DNA of 64,000 bases from Candidatus Poribacteria bacterium (GCA_965215265.1 OZ244048.1:4704001-4768000); one strand, 5' to 3'; counted from the stretch's first letter, positions 11,074 through 21,391 are shown. Numbers and translations are program-made. The notes: generated by a model from the letters alone, not told the origin.

Positions 11074-11096
11074 ATTTTACGAGAGACCCAAAAAAC

Positions 11097-12839
11097 ATGT
11101 TTGGCACACAAAGAGAACCCCATAAACGTCTTGATGAATACCGCGGCAATTTGGTAGGTATCAAACACCTCCACCGATTAACACCGAGGCGGCCCGTCCC
11201 AAATCAACCGTTTACGTTGCATGTAACAACGTCTGGTGGGCTCCCTTACGATACCGTCCGATGTTGGGTCCATTCAGGTGAACGGAGTTCAGAAACTGAA
11301 TTTGACTTGGCACCGTGTCAGTCTCCAATGTGGAATACTTTGGAATGGCGGTATGTTTGCGAGTGGCAAGGGGACATCCCACCCCATCCCAGCGGCACAA
11401 TCCTCCATTATCAGATTGGGGGGCGCGTCACTGGCTCAGATACCTGGGTCTTTGCGGATAATCAAGCCCGAACCCAATCCAATGCAACTGAATTCGCTCT
11501 CACAATAGACAATTACGAAACGCCAGAATGGGCGCGGACTGCAGTTATTTACCACATCTTTTTAGATAGATTTTATCCAGGGGATGGAGTGCCGTGGAAA
11601 AAACCGGCTAACCTCTCGGGGTTTTTCGGTGGGACATTGCGCGGCGCAATCCAAAAGTTAGACTACATTCAATCGCTTGGATGCAACACCTTGTGGCTCT
11701 CACCAGTCTTTAAAAGCCCGACACACCACGGGTATGATGCAACAGATTACTATACAGTTGAACAACGTCTCGGAACGAATGAAGAACTACAAGAATTGAT
11801 TGACGAGTCACATAGACGTGGACTGCGCGTTATTATGGATTTCGTCGCCAATCACTGTTCCAATCACCATCCGACCTTCCAAGAAGCCCAACGTGAAGCA
11901 GATAGCGAGTATCGTAACTGGTACACCTGGCATAGATGGCCGAACGAATATGCCAGTTTCTTTGGAGTGAAGGGGATGCCGCAATTCAACTTCAAACATA
12001 AACCTGCCTGCGATGAACTACTTGCGTGTGCCCAGCATTGGCTACGGCGAGGCATTGATGGATACCGGCTTGATTATGCCCCAGGCCCCCCACACGCTTT
12101 TTGGGCAGCATTCCGAAACACCTGCAAAGCCGTGAACCCTGACGTTTTTCTGTTCGGTGAGGTCGTCCGCCATTCAGCAGGAATAGCCTCATATATCCCG
12201 CATTTTGATGGATGTCTTGATTTCATCCTCGCTGATACACTCAGGCGAACTTTCGCTCTTGAAACCTCGACACTCCGTGAATTCGAATCTTTTCTGACTG
12301 CACATGAAAACTACTTTCCGACTGACTTTTTGCTGCCTGCCTTTTTGGACAATCACGATATGACGCGTATTCTCTACTTAGCAGGAGAAGACAAGGCGAA
12401 GGTTAAATTGGCAGCCTTAGTCCTTTTTACACTCCCCGGCCCACCGGTCATTTATAACGGCACCGAAGGCGGACTCTCACAACAGAACCCTCTCGGCCGT
12501 TTCGAGGAAGCAAGACTCCCGACTCCATGGGGAGATGAACAAGATAAAGACTTGTTAGATTATTTTCGACGGTTGGGAACCTTACGTATGCAATTCCCGG
12601 GGCTCCTTTCTGAAAAACGGAGAACTGTGCATCTCAACATGAGTACCCGAACTTATGCTTACCTTCTAGGACATCAACTCATCGTACTGAACACCAGCCG
12701 CGTTCCTTGTACAATTAACCTGGCGATTTCAAAGTTTTCCCACGATGCGAAAGACCTGCTCAATGGACAGCCAGTGAAAGTGACAAAAGATGCAGTGCAA
12801 ATTTCACTCCAAGCACAGAGCGGTGCATTTATCTCTTAG
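11097..12839 (+). CDS. GH13 alpha-amylase family (neopullulanase/cyclomaltodextrinase-like)
   Basis: HGYDATDY, MDFVANH, IDGYRLDYA, FGEV, FLDNHD. Confidence 0.92.
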   Translation: MFGTQREPHKRLDEYRGNLVGIKHLHRLTPRRPVPNQPFTLHVTTSGGLPYDTVRCWVHSGERSSETEFDLAPCQSPMWNTLEWRYVCEWQGDIPPHPSGTILHYQIGGRVTGSDTWVFADNQARTQSNATEFALTIDNYETPEWARTAVIYHIFLDRFYPGDGVPWKKPANLSGFFGGTLRGAIQKLDYIQSLGCNTLWLSPVFKSPTHHGYDATDYYTVEQRLGTNEELQELIDESHRRGLRVIMDFVANHCSNHHPTFQEAQREADSEYRNWYTWHRWPNEYASFFGVKGMPQFNFKHKPACDELLACAQHWLRRGIDGYRLDYAPGPPHAFWAAFRNTCKAVNPDVFLFGEVVRHSAGIASYIPHFDGCLDFILADTLRRTFALETSTLREFESFLTAHENYFPTDFLLPAFLDNHDMTRILYLAGEDKAKVKLAALVLFTLPGPPVIYNGTEGGLSQQNPLGRFEEARLPTPWGDEQDKDLLDYFRRLGTLRMQFPGLLSEKRRTVHLNMSTRTYAYLLGHQLIVLNTSRVPCTINLAISKFSHDAKDLLNGQPVKVTKDAVQISLQAQSGAFIS

Positions 12840-12866
12840 CAGACAGAAGATTACAATATAGACGCG

Positions 12867-12909
12867 AGAAGGGCTGCATAACGACAGAATGTTGTTATGC
12901 AGCCCTTCT
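12867..12909. terminator. Long hairpin between convergent genes
   Basis: agaagggctgcataacgaca-gaa-tgttgttatgcagcccttct. Confidence 0.75.
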
Positions 12910-12964
12910 GATTAATCGTAAGCTTTATGCGAACGATCGTTGGAAATGTTTATTGGCCATCAGC

Positions 12965-13354
12965 CTATTCAACGACAGCGTTGTCAGTGGTTGCTGTGTC
13001 AGCGGCGGCTGTGTCAGCGGCGGCTGTGTCAGCGGCGGCTGTGTCAGCGGCGGCTGTGTCAGCGGCGGCTGTGTCAGCGGCGGCTGTGTCAGCGGCGGCT
13101 GTGTCAGCGGCGGCTGTATCAGCGGCGGCTGTGTCAGCAGTTGTTGTGTCAGCGGTTGCTGTGTCAGCAGTTGCTGTGTCAGCAGTTGCTGTGTCGACAG
13201 TTGCTGTGTCGGCGGTTGCTGTGTCAGCAGCTTCAGCCATAGCATCTTCAGCAGGCGTAACAGGTTCCAATACCTTCTGCGCGCGTTCGCAGGACACGAA
13301 AGAAACCACACATCCGATCAAAATTGCAATTAGGACAATTCGTAGTGTTAACAT
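12965..13354 (-). CDS. Small lipoprotein made almost entirely of ADTA(A/T) pentapeptide repeats
   Basis: AGGAG RBS, hydrophobic signal, lipobox FVSC, then about 17 pentapeptide repeats. Confidence 0.75.
   Translation of the reverse strand: MLTLRIVLIAILIGCVVSFVSCERAQKVLEPVTPAEDAMAEAADTATADTATVDTATADTATADTATADTTTADTAAADTAAADTAAADTAAADTAAADTAAADTAAADTAAADTAAADTATTDNAVVE
12981..13235. repeat. 15-bp coding tandem repeat, about 17 units (consensus gtgtcagcggcggct)
   Basis: Nine near-identical units at 12996-13130, flanked by variant units. Confidence 0.95.
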
Positions 13355-13922
13355 AACGACTCATACTCCTTCTTATTAATGAGCAGTTTACTTGAAAACT
13401 TTGGTGTTGTTAATAGATCCTTGAGATTCTGGGCACTTCTCCGTTCGTCTCTCGGATTAACCTTACTTTACACTTTACTAATACGATGAAGAAACCGTCA
13501 AATATAACATCTTTCTCCAAACGGACTTATTAATATGATAATATAATTTGTATTAAATGTCAAATTTTTCGCATATATTCCACGTCAGAGCAAATATACT
13601 TGATAGTCCATAGTGACAAAATTTATTTTTCGCCAATTTAAAACTCATCAATTACCATCAATAGGCTCGCTAAGCTCTTTATCAAGATTCGTCCACTGTC
13701 CGTAGCGGATTCACTAAGTTTCGAACTGAACCTATCATCCAACGGTAAAGTAGACTTTCGTGTTTATGTATTGACAACTTCATCATACACGTCTGTGTAT
13801 TTCACGACTTCATAATAAATGATACTACACTTTATTTAAATTGTCAACAAAAAATCGTAGGCGGCATCTTCAAGCAAACCAATATCTTATACACTTTGCA
13901 GTCAAATGTGGCTGTCCAAAAA

Positions 13923-15524
13923 TCATTTTTGATTGATTTTTAGAATTTCCGAATGAATTTTTAAGATATGTGGATGCTCTGGAGCTTGCATAAAAGCGGC
14001 TTCAATTTCTCGCTGTGCATCAGAGACGCGAGCAAGACGATAATAGACGAAGGCGAGCGTCGCCCGGTGTGCTGGATGTCCATCCTGTTTGACAGCCGCC
14101 TCGGCAAGTCTAAGCGCCTCCCCAAGGTTCCTGCCGGCATCTGCTAGTAAAAACGCAAGCGCATGTTTCGGAAATGGAATCTCTGGAGCAAGTTCAATTG
14201 CACGGCGGAAATCCTTTTCTGCTGCTGCGGCATCCCCCTGTTTCTGGCGGATTTGTCCACGCCACCAATACCCCGGTGCCCATGTCGGTTCGTGTTGAAT
14301 GCCCCATGTAAACGCATCCGCCGCACCATCCAGTTCACCTACGAATTCACGGAGTTGTGCAAGCCGAACGTAAGTCTCCATGAAGTCTGGTTCATGCTGT
14401 AGAAGTGTGAGGAAGTGCCGCTCTGCCTTACGGTTGTTCCCTAATTTTGCCTCTATGATGCCGAGATGCAGCAGTGCTTGCCGCGAGCTAGATTCTATAG
14501 CCAGGACGTGTTGATATGTCTGCTTCGCAGCTATCAATTTCCCTAATTGCATTTGAATGTAAGCGTAATCCTTCAAAGCAGGTGTAAACATTTCATCTGC
14601 GTCAATAGCTTTTTGAAGTAGGCGTAAGGCTTGCCGCGTCTGCTCTCGTGTGCTGATTTCAGTCGTGTCTTCCGAGGTTTTAAGCAGTTGATGCGCTTGT
14701 CGGAGATAGCTTTTTGCAAGCGTTCGACGGTATCGCGTGTGCGCTGCTTCGGCACCGGTAGTGTCACCAAGTTCGGAGAGGACATCCGCGAGTGCTTTAT
14801 GGAGTGCCGGTGTAGACGGTGCGTGTTGAATAGCGCGTTGATAAAAACTGCGTGCAGCTGCTAGTTGCCCACGTTTGACGGCTATCTTACCGCGCCCGAA
14901 GGCAGCACTGGCAAGCGTGCTCTCTTGCGCGAGTGCCTCTCGAAAAACGGCATCAGATTCGTCAAGGCGGTTCAGTTTGAGGAGGACGTGCCCAAGGTTA
15001 TTATAAGCTGCAGTTGCATCCGGATACAACTGCACCGCGACGAGATAGTATCTGCGGGCACGCTCAAAATTATTACGCTCCGTTTCAATCTGTCCTAAGG
15101 CAATGTACCATTGTACCGGTGCCCGTTCTGCTGCGGTTTTGATAGCTTTTTGGAAGCATGTATCTGCTTTGTCAAGTTGCTTATTGCGATGGTAGGCCGC
15201 CCCCAATTTCGCTTGCAAGGTAGGCTCATAAGTAGAACGTTCGGCTTGTGGCGTGCCTGGTAGCAAGTTTAATGCACGTTGAAAAGCGGTAATCGCACGC
15301 GGATAATTCCGTAGTTTCACGGCAGCGTCACCTATACGAACATGTGCAAGCAGCATCTCTGGGTTCTCTTTAGCGACGGATTCGTACAATTGGAGCGCCT
15401 CGTTCCACTTTTCTGCTTGGAAGGCACGGTGGGCAGCTGCTAATTGCTCCTGCAAGACATCCCCGGATGCTGAGAAGAGGACTCCGAGAAAAAAAAGAAA
15501 ACATGCAGCTCTTAGGTTTAACAC
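13923..15524 (-). CDS. Tetratricopeptide repeat protein with signal peptide
   Basis: Multiple TPR-like units (AYNNLGHVLLKL, ALLHLGIIEAKLG). Confidence 0.88.
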   Translation of the reverse strand: MLNLRAACFLFFLGVLFSASGDVLQEQLAAAHRAFQAEKWNEALQLYESVAKENPEMLLAHVRIGDAAVKLRNYPRAITAFQRALNLLPGTPQAERSTYEPTLQAKLGAAYHRNKQLDKADTCFQKAIKTAAERAPVQWYIALGQIETERNNFERARRYYLVAVQLYPDATAAYNNLGHVLLKLNRLDESDAVFREALAQESTLASAAFGRGKIAVKRGQLAAARSFYQRAIQHAPSTPALHKALADVLSELGDTTGAEAAHTRYRRTLAKSYLRQAHQLLKTSEDTTEISTREQTRQALRLLQKAIDADEMFTPALKDYAYIQMQLGKLIAAKQTYQHVLAIESSSRQALLHLGIIEAKLGNNRKAERHFLTLLQHEPDFMETYVRLAQLREFVGELDGAADAFTWGIQHEPTWAPGYWWRGQIRQKQGDAAAAEKDFRRAIELAPEIPFPKHALAFLLADAGRNLGEALRLAEAAVKQDGHPAHRATLAFVYYRLARVSDAQREIEAAFMQAPEHPHILKIHSEILKINQK

Positions 15525-15560
15525 TGTAATTTCCTTACGAATTCAGACGTTCTACACGCT

Positions 15561-16328
15561 TTAAAACTTGTTTACCGTTGTCTTCTCTATTGACGGATTT
15601 AAGCGCAGCTCAGCGAACTCAGGGTCTAAAATGTACCAATCCCCGCCGGCTTTTTGTTGAGCGAGCCAGGCATCAAACTCCGATTTTGCTATCTGTTGGC
15701 GGAACCGGCCGCTAAGTTCTTCACTAACCTCTGCGTACGTTTTTTGACGACCGGCGGCACCCTTAAATTCAGAACGGTGTTCTTCAAAGTATTCCCGGGC
15801 TGACTTTGAGCTCTCTTCAGGCGTAACACGGTTGTGGAATTTGCGACGAAAGAAATCCTCATAAATTAGCGACGCGTGTATCCATTCCTTGACTATTTCA
15901 ATTTCTAATCCATGCTGCTGTAAAGCGCGGTGAAATTCGATTTCTGTCGAATATTTTGAGATGAGCTCGCCCATCCGTGCTGCAAGTTGTGGGGCATCAT
16001 CAGGCAGGGTAATGCCGAATGCCTCCGCCTCCAGCAATACAAATTTACGGGCGATAATCGCATCCAAAATCCCCTGTTTTTCTATTTTTTTATCCAACGT
16101 AGCAGGAAGAACCTCTTCTCCTCTCTCTGCAGGTTCTACAATAGTTGGCTCCCGCGAATTTAAAAGGGGAAACGGGCCGTCAATAAGTACCTTGATGCGG
16201 AGTTCATTTTCTAATTCACTTCGGGTAATAGCGTGCCCTTTGACATCAGCAATCACTGAATCAATTAAAGTTTGGGAGACTGCTGTTCCGAGAGAGAGCA
16301 AAATCAAAAAAGCAATAACGTATTTCAT
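15561..16328 (-). CDS. SurA N-terminal-like periplasmic chaperone domain protein
   Basis: Signal peptide, then IDSVIADVKGHAITRSEL; helical; no PPIase domain evident. Confidence 0.65.
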   Translation of the reverse strand: MKYVIAFLILLSLGTAVSQTLIDSVIADVKGHAITRSELENELRIKVLIDGPFPLLNSREPTIVEPAERGEEVLPATLDKKIEKQGILDAIIARKFVLLEAEAFGITLPDDAPQLAARMGELISKYSTEIEFHRALQQHGLEIEIVKEWIHASLIYEDFFRRKFHNRVTPEESSKSAREYFEEHRSEFKGAAGRQKTYAEVSEELSGRFRQQIAKSEFDAWLAQQKAGGDWYILDPEFAELRLNPSIEKTTVNKF

Positions 16329-16385
16329 ATTTATCCTGAAGTTTAGATTAAGAAAAATACGGATGCCTTGCCTCTGATGCTAAAT

Positions 16386-17555
16386 CTACCGTGGGTTCCG
16401 TGGGGTGAGCCACTCTTCTTCAATTTTCAGACCCAGCCCGGGACCGTTATTTGGTGCGATATAACTCTCTTTGGGCACGGATTCTCCATCAAACCTTTTC
16501 GTCTCTTCCAAAGGCACGCCCGGGGGAGTAGCGAGATAGTATTCAACCCACGGCGTATTCGGCATAGCGGCAGAGAGATGCAACCCGGATTGCCGGACCC
16601 CACCCCCATGAAAGATGACCGTGAGTCCTGCAGCATCTGCTAGGTGGCAGATTTTGACGCATTCGGTGATGCCACCAACCCAAAATGTATCCGGCTGAAG
16701 GATATCCAAACACCGTTTTTCGATAATTTGCTGGAATGGGAATCGGGTGTAGTGATGCTCACCGCTGGCTAAGCTAACCCAATCCACAGCTTCCCTCACT
16801 TTCACCAGTCCATCAACATCTTCAGGGATAAGGAATTCCTCGATCCATTTGAGGCGGTAGGGACGCAGCCTTTGTGCTAAACGAATGGTGTAATCCACAT
16901 CAAACGCCATATAGCAATCTAGCATGATTTCCACATCGTCGCCGACTGTTTCTCTCGTTTTCGCGACAAGTTTTTCGTTCTCTTTTAAACCCCATGCGCC
17001 ATCTACGGGTCCGTAAGGACATGCCAATTTAACTGCTTTGAAGCCGAGTTCCAATTGCCAATCTGTATCGTTACCCGTTGCATAAGCAAATAGCTTGTCC
17101 CGCACCGGCCCTCCGAGCAGTTCATAAACAGGCTGATTTTTGATTCTCCCATTCAGATCCCACAAAGCGATATCAATTCCGCTCATGGCACAACTTGTCA
17201 ACCCTTGTGAACCGTAAGGTTTAGACATACGAAACATCATGTCCCAAATTTTTTCGACAGCGAAGCAGTTTTCGCCTATCAGCATGGGACCGAAATGTTC
17301 GTCAATAATGGCGGAGACCGGTGTACCGAAGGCTGTCTCACCTATGCCCCAGGTGCCGTCTTCTGCTGTAACCTTCACGTACACTGTATCCCATTTCGGC
17401 ATCCAGCTAGCGCGATGCCTTTTGTATTTCGGGTATCTTGACATCGGGTTAGCGACTTCGGCGTGGACGTTCCACGGCTCGCGCCGAGGCGGTGTGTGCT
17501 GTATGTCGCGAGTCGGAACGTTAATTCGGACTGTCTGTATGTCTCTAATTTTCAT
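16386..17555 (-). CDS. L-rhamnonate dehydratase-like enolase-superfamily enzyme
   Basis: ANPMSRYP, IDIALWDL, AYATG, IMLDCYM, WIEE, GEHHYT, LQPD. Confidence 0.85.
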   Translation of the reverse strand: MKIRDIQTVRINVPTRDIQHTPPRREPWNVHAEVANPMSRYPKYKRHRASWMPKWDTVYVKVTAEDGTWGIGETAFGTPVSAIIDEHFGPMLIGENCFAVEKIWDMMFRMSKPYGSQGLTSCAMSGIDIALWDLNGRIKNQPVYELLGGPVRDKLFAYATGNDTDWQLELGFKAVKLACPYGPVDGAWGLKENEKLVAKTRETVGDDVEIMLDCYMAFDVDYTIRLAQRLRPYRLKWIEEFLIPEDVDGLVKVREAVDWVSLASGEHHYTRFPFQQIIEKRCLDILQPDTFWVGGITECVKICHLADAAGLTVIFHGGGVRQSGLHLSAAMPNTPWVEYYLATPPGVPLEETKRFDGESVPKESYIAPNNGPGLGLKIEEEWLTPRNPR

Positions 17556-17768
17556 TGCCTACTCTCCGATGGTGTGTCTCTGTTATTACGTCAAACTTAT
17601 AGTTCGCCTTTGAATATGAGCTACGATTTCCCTTCTGCGAAAATCGGTACCTGGAGTAACTTCTTCAGTTATTCTTCAGTTTCCATCTCAAGCCATCCTA
17701 AATTCAGACCCGGACGCAGAGCTTCGGGGCAAAGCATTATCGGAATGTCTATACTTAGATTGAGTGAA

Positions 17769-18491
17769 TTATTCTACCAATTCTATTAACCCACACCCGA
17801 TTTTCGCGCCGCCTCCCGGCTGCTTATCCGGCATCTCCATGCCTTGTGCAGATAAAGGCATCTCATCATGTGAGTGCGGCGGTGTCCCCGCATCGTGATG
17901 ATGATGTTCGGTTGCCCCCATTTCCACCATGGATGTATTATCTGGCAGGTGTTGCCCATGGGGCATAGTTTCAAAGGTATCACCCGCTTCGTGGACAAGA
18001 ATCAATTTGCCGAGAATATCGGTATCCGGACTGCCTCCAAGGGACCAGAGCGGCGTTGTGAATTCCAATCTACCAGTACCAGTTTCACCTACCAGAACAT
18101 TTCCTATTTCTCCCCGGCCGATAGGAGGGTTGGCTTGTGTAGCCTCTGCAACAGGGACACCGACTGTCCCGGCTGGAATACCCACAGGATGCCAATGCAA
18201 TCCTACATCGAGGCAACTTGTACCTGTATGAAGATGCATCGCGTGCAAGCCCGGACTGGCATTCTGAACCTCAATCACCGCATGAATTGCTCCCTCCATT
18301 TCCATAAAGGTTGCTGTTCCGGTGATACTGTTTTCATCTAAACCAGAGATAGTGGCGACAGCTGTTTTGACTGAGACACCGTCCATAGGTAAGGTCGTTT
18401 GAATCATTTCACAACCATAGGTAAAGGTTGTTCCAATCAGTAGAAGCATGAAAGCCCAATATGTTTGATATTTTTTTCCTTTTGCTAACAT
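17769..18491 (-). CDS. Cu/Zn superoxide dismutase family lipoprotein with His/Met-rich insertion
   Basis: Lipobox YGC, GLHAMHLH, GEIGNV, LVHEAGD, GGAKIGCGLI. Confidence 0.8.
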   Translation of the reverse strand: MLAKGKKYQTYWAFMLLLIGTTFTYGCEMIQTTLPMDGVSVKTAVATISGLDENSITGTATFMEMEGAIHAVIEVQNASPGLHAMHLHTGTSCLDVGLHWHPVGIPAGTVGVPVAEATQANPPIGRGEIGNVLVGETGTGRLEFTTPLWSLGGSPDTDILGKLILVHEAGDTFETMPHGQHLPDNTSMVEMGATEHHHHDAGTPPHSHDEMPLSAQGMEMPDKQPGGGAKIGCGLIELVE

Positions 18492-18521
18492 TTTTTAGAA
18501 ACTCCTTTTAAAATTTTGTCT

Positions 18522-19469
18522 TTAAATGAGTTTATCAGCGAGTATGAAGTTTAGTCCTACCAATAAACTGCCGCGCGCACCTCCTTGAAGGTTTGCATCC
18601 ATCGTGGGGGCGAGGTAACTGGGAGCAGTTACTAATTCTGCTGTATCCAACGGTGCAGCGTGCTCGTTGTGCGTAGCTGATTCATGAGCATGTTCTTGCA
18701 AACTTTCTGTTGCGCCGTTTGCCGGTTCAAAAGCCGCCTCGCGACCAGCAATGTTGCCCCGATTCTCAAACAAGCCTCGCGCCGAAACGCTCAGCCAATG
18801 GTTGAATCTGTGTGCAACCCAGAACGTTGAACTCGTAGCAGGTCCCGGACGATAGCCCCGATTATTTTCGTTGAGGCGAATTGCGACACGTGTCTGTCCG
18901 CCAAACGACCAGCTGCCTCGTGTTGTGAAAAAGGTCAACCCAGGCATAAATTCCAAAGAACCCGAGCCTAATTGCATAGGATCGGGTAGGATAGTTTCAG
19001 TACTGCCACCATGTATACCTTCTACCGCAATTGAACCGGTGGGAACGGAAATCCCAGCATTGAGGATGAAGTCTGCATTTTGTGTATTCAGCAGGGCATC
19101 AGCGCGGACAGTTTGAGGTCGCCGAGTCCAGCACTTTCCATTTCATGATGTCCTACCGGATGGTCGTGAGCACCGGTATGCAGGTGTGCTCCTTCCATTT
19201 CCATAAAATTTCTTCTGTAACTCATCATTGCCATGAGAGTGATGCTGTCGTAGAGGGCGAACATCACACCTAACATGTGCATCTGCATCTGCATCGTGGT
19301 AGGCACCATCGCAAACTCATGAAGTGCTTCTTCAGTTGAAACAGACTCGGTACCATCTCCCAACGATGTCTCCATTTGCCAAAACTGGTGACACATTCAC
19401 TAAGATGAGTAGTGCAAGAATGCAGGCAAAAGTGTTCACCTGCGAGACTTCAGACGGTAATTGGTTCAT
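18522..19469 (-). pseudogene. Frameshifted His/Met-rich outer-membrane 'transporter' (MetA-pathway/phenol-degradation-like beta-barrel)
   Basis: Three consecutive frames: signal peptide from ATG 19469; MVPTTMQMQMHMLGVMFA...GLGDLKLSAL (19088-19396); SVPTGSI...PMQLGSGS (ending 18522). Confidence 0.7.
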
Positions 19470-19644
19470 TAAGTTTAACCTCTCAAACAATTTAACGCTT
19501 GCTCTAATTATACTATAAGTCAAGCGCAAAATCAAAACAAAATCAGAGGAGAGGCACGAATGCCCGTTGGACAGAGACGCACAAACCAATTCATAAAATA
19601 ATCGTAGTCGTGCTGAAATCTAAAACCGGAATTCTCCTTTTATA

Positions 19645-19672
19645 TTGACATATCTTGAGTGAGTTGTATAAT
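19645..19672 (+). promoter_or_regulatory. Sigma70-type promoter of the sulfatase gene
   Basis: TTGACA (19645-19650), 16 nt, TATAAT (19667-19672). Confidence 0.65.
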
Positions 19673-19679
19673 GTTACGT

Positions 19680-21128
19680 ATGAATAAAACGCAACCTAAT
19701 ATTCTCTGGATATGCACCGACCAGCAGCGTTTTGATACGCTCAACTGCTATGGCAATCCGTTTGTGCAAACGCCAAATTTGGATAAATTGGCGCAGACAG
19801 GCGTGCTTTTTGAACACGCTTACTCGCAGAGCCCAGTATGCACGCCAAGCCGGGCGAGTTTCCTAACCGGAAGATACCCGCGGACAACGCGATGCAGACA
19901 GAACGGACAGGCTATCCCCCCAGATGAAATCCTCGTAACCAAAATCCTTCACGATGCAGGATATGTGTGTGGTTTAGCTGGCAAACTCCACCTCGCCCCT
20001 TGCAACCCAGATGTCTGGAAGGGGACAGAACAACGGATTGATGACGGTTATGACCAGTTCTTTTGGTCGCACGACCCGAATGATGGATGGTTTGCACACG
20101 GATATACGCAGTGGCTGCAGGATAGAGGCCTGAATCGCAGCACAAAACCTTTTCCTGACTCACAGTACGTTCAAGTTATTCCGTCAGAGGAACACAGCCA
20201 AACGACGTGGGGTGTCGAAAAGGCGATGTCGTTCATCAGAAGCGCTGAACGTTTCGAGCAACCCTGGCTCTTCTCGTTAAATCTGTTTGACCCGCACCAC
20301 GCCTTCGATCCCCCTATAGCAGCCCTTGAAAGATACCGCGACATCCTTGACGAGATACCCTTACCAAATTATGCTGAAGGAGAATTAGAAGATAAACCGG
20401 TTTGGCAAAAAATTGACCACGGTGGGGCCTATGGCAAACAGTCCGGATATCCTTACCGTGAGATGACAGATACAGACCATCGGTGGATACGCGCCGCATA
20501 TTGGGCAATGATTGACGTAATTGACGCGCAAGTTGGACGGTTATTCGATTTCTTGGAAGAGACTGGGCAGTGCGAGAAGACGATCGTTATTTTCACTTCC
20601 GACCACGGGGAGATGCTCGGAGACCACGGAATCTACTTGAAGGGACCTTATTTCTATGAGCCAGCGATCCGCGTACCGCTGATTATTTCAGGACCTGGAA
20701 TCTTGAATAACGGGGCACGTTCCAACGCACTCGTGGAATTAGTGGATATAGCACCCACGCTGCTGCAAGTATCAGGTACGGAACAACAGCCCGGTATGCA
20801 GGGGCAGAGCCTCTTACCCCTCCTCACAGGTGATGGCCCGTTGGATACGCACCGCCAGGATGTCTATTGTGAGTATTATAACGCCATGCCGTGGCATCAA
20901 CAACCGCAAGCACACGCGACCATGGTGCGCAGCAAAAAGTATAAGATTGTTGCAGTGCACGGGGCAAATGGCGGTGAGCTCTACGATTTAGAGAGAGAGC
21001 CGGATGAAACCAACAATCTCTGGAATCATCCGGAGGCAAGAGAGGTTCAACTTCAGATGATGGAGCGGCTCATCAACCGGATGGCCTGGACGGTGGATCC
21101 GCTGCCCGAACGCCAGGCACCGTGGTAA
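19680..21128 (+). CDS. Sulfatase (formylglycine-dependent, choline-sulfatase-like)
   Basis: PNILWICTDQQR, CTPSRASFLTG, GKLHL, TSDHG. Confidence 0.93.
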   Translation: MNKTQPNILWICTDQQRFDTLNCYGNPFVQTPNLDKLAQTGVLFEHAYSQSPVCTPSRASFLTGRYPRTTRCRQNGQAIPPDEILVTKILHDAGYVCGLAGKLHLAPCNPDVWKGTEQRIDDGYDQFFWSHDPNDGWFAHGYTQWLQDRGLNRSTKPFPDSQYVQVIPSEEHSQTTWGVEKAMSFIRSAERFEQPWLFSLNLFDPHHAFDPPIAALERYRDILDEIPLPNYAEGELEDKPVWQKIDHGGAYGKQSGYPYREMTDTDHRWIRAAYWAMIDVIDAQVGRLFDFLEETGQCEKTIVIFTSDHGEMLGDHGIYLKGPYFYEPAIRVPLIISGPGILNNGARSNALVELVDIAPTLLQVSGTEQQPGMQGQSLLPLLTGDGPLDTHRQDVYCEYYNAMPWHQQPQAHATMVRSKKYKIVAVHGANGGELYDLEREPDETNNLWNHPEAREVQLQMMERLINRMAWTVDPLPERQAPW

Positions 21129-21348
21129 CTTCAGCAGGCAGAGAGGCATCGAGGTAGCCTTTTTGCGTAAGTAACTCCTGATTCGTCCGGAGACTTGCCT
21201 CATGAAACTGATAATTGTTTTTACCGAGCCGGTAGTAACACCGGAGATGTCCTGTGTCAACTGCCCGCTTGAGCACAACCGAGGAGAGGCCAAGCATGCG
21301 CGCGGCCTCAACGAGGTTATATTCAACAGTATATCCACGTATACGCAT
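21073..21348 (-). CDS. Small helix-turn-helix protein (excisionase/HTH_17-like)
   Basis: AGGAGA RBS. YNLVEAARMLGLSSVVLKRAVDTGHL fits a MerR-like/excisionase HTH. 3' end overlaps the sulfatase 3' end. Confidence 0.6.
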   Translation of the reverse strand: MRIRGYTVEYNLVEAARMLGLSSVVLKRAVDTGHLRCYYRLGKNNYQFHEASLRTNQELLTQKGYLDASLPAEVTTVPGVRAADPPSRPSG

Positions 21349-21391
21349 TCGTGTCTCCTTTTAGAGTTCGCCTAAATTAATTTCCCATGAC

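Noticed and set aside
12925-13379. Alternative-frame repeat ORFs (CQRRL, GGCVS, VSAAA, TQPPL) resembling Cys-rich or RiPP precursors
   Set aside because: They are shadows of the 15-bp tandem repeat. Only the minus-strand ADTAA frame has an RBS, signal peptide and lipobox, and no RiPP enzymes are nearby.
13380-13500. Glycine-riboswitch-like words (GGAGA...GAATCTCAAGG) on the minus strand
   Set aside because: The GCCGAAG core and paired stems could not be found.
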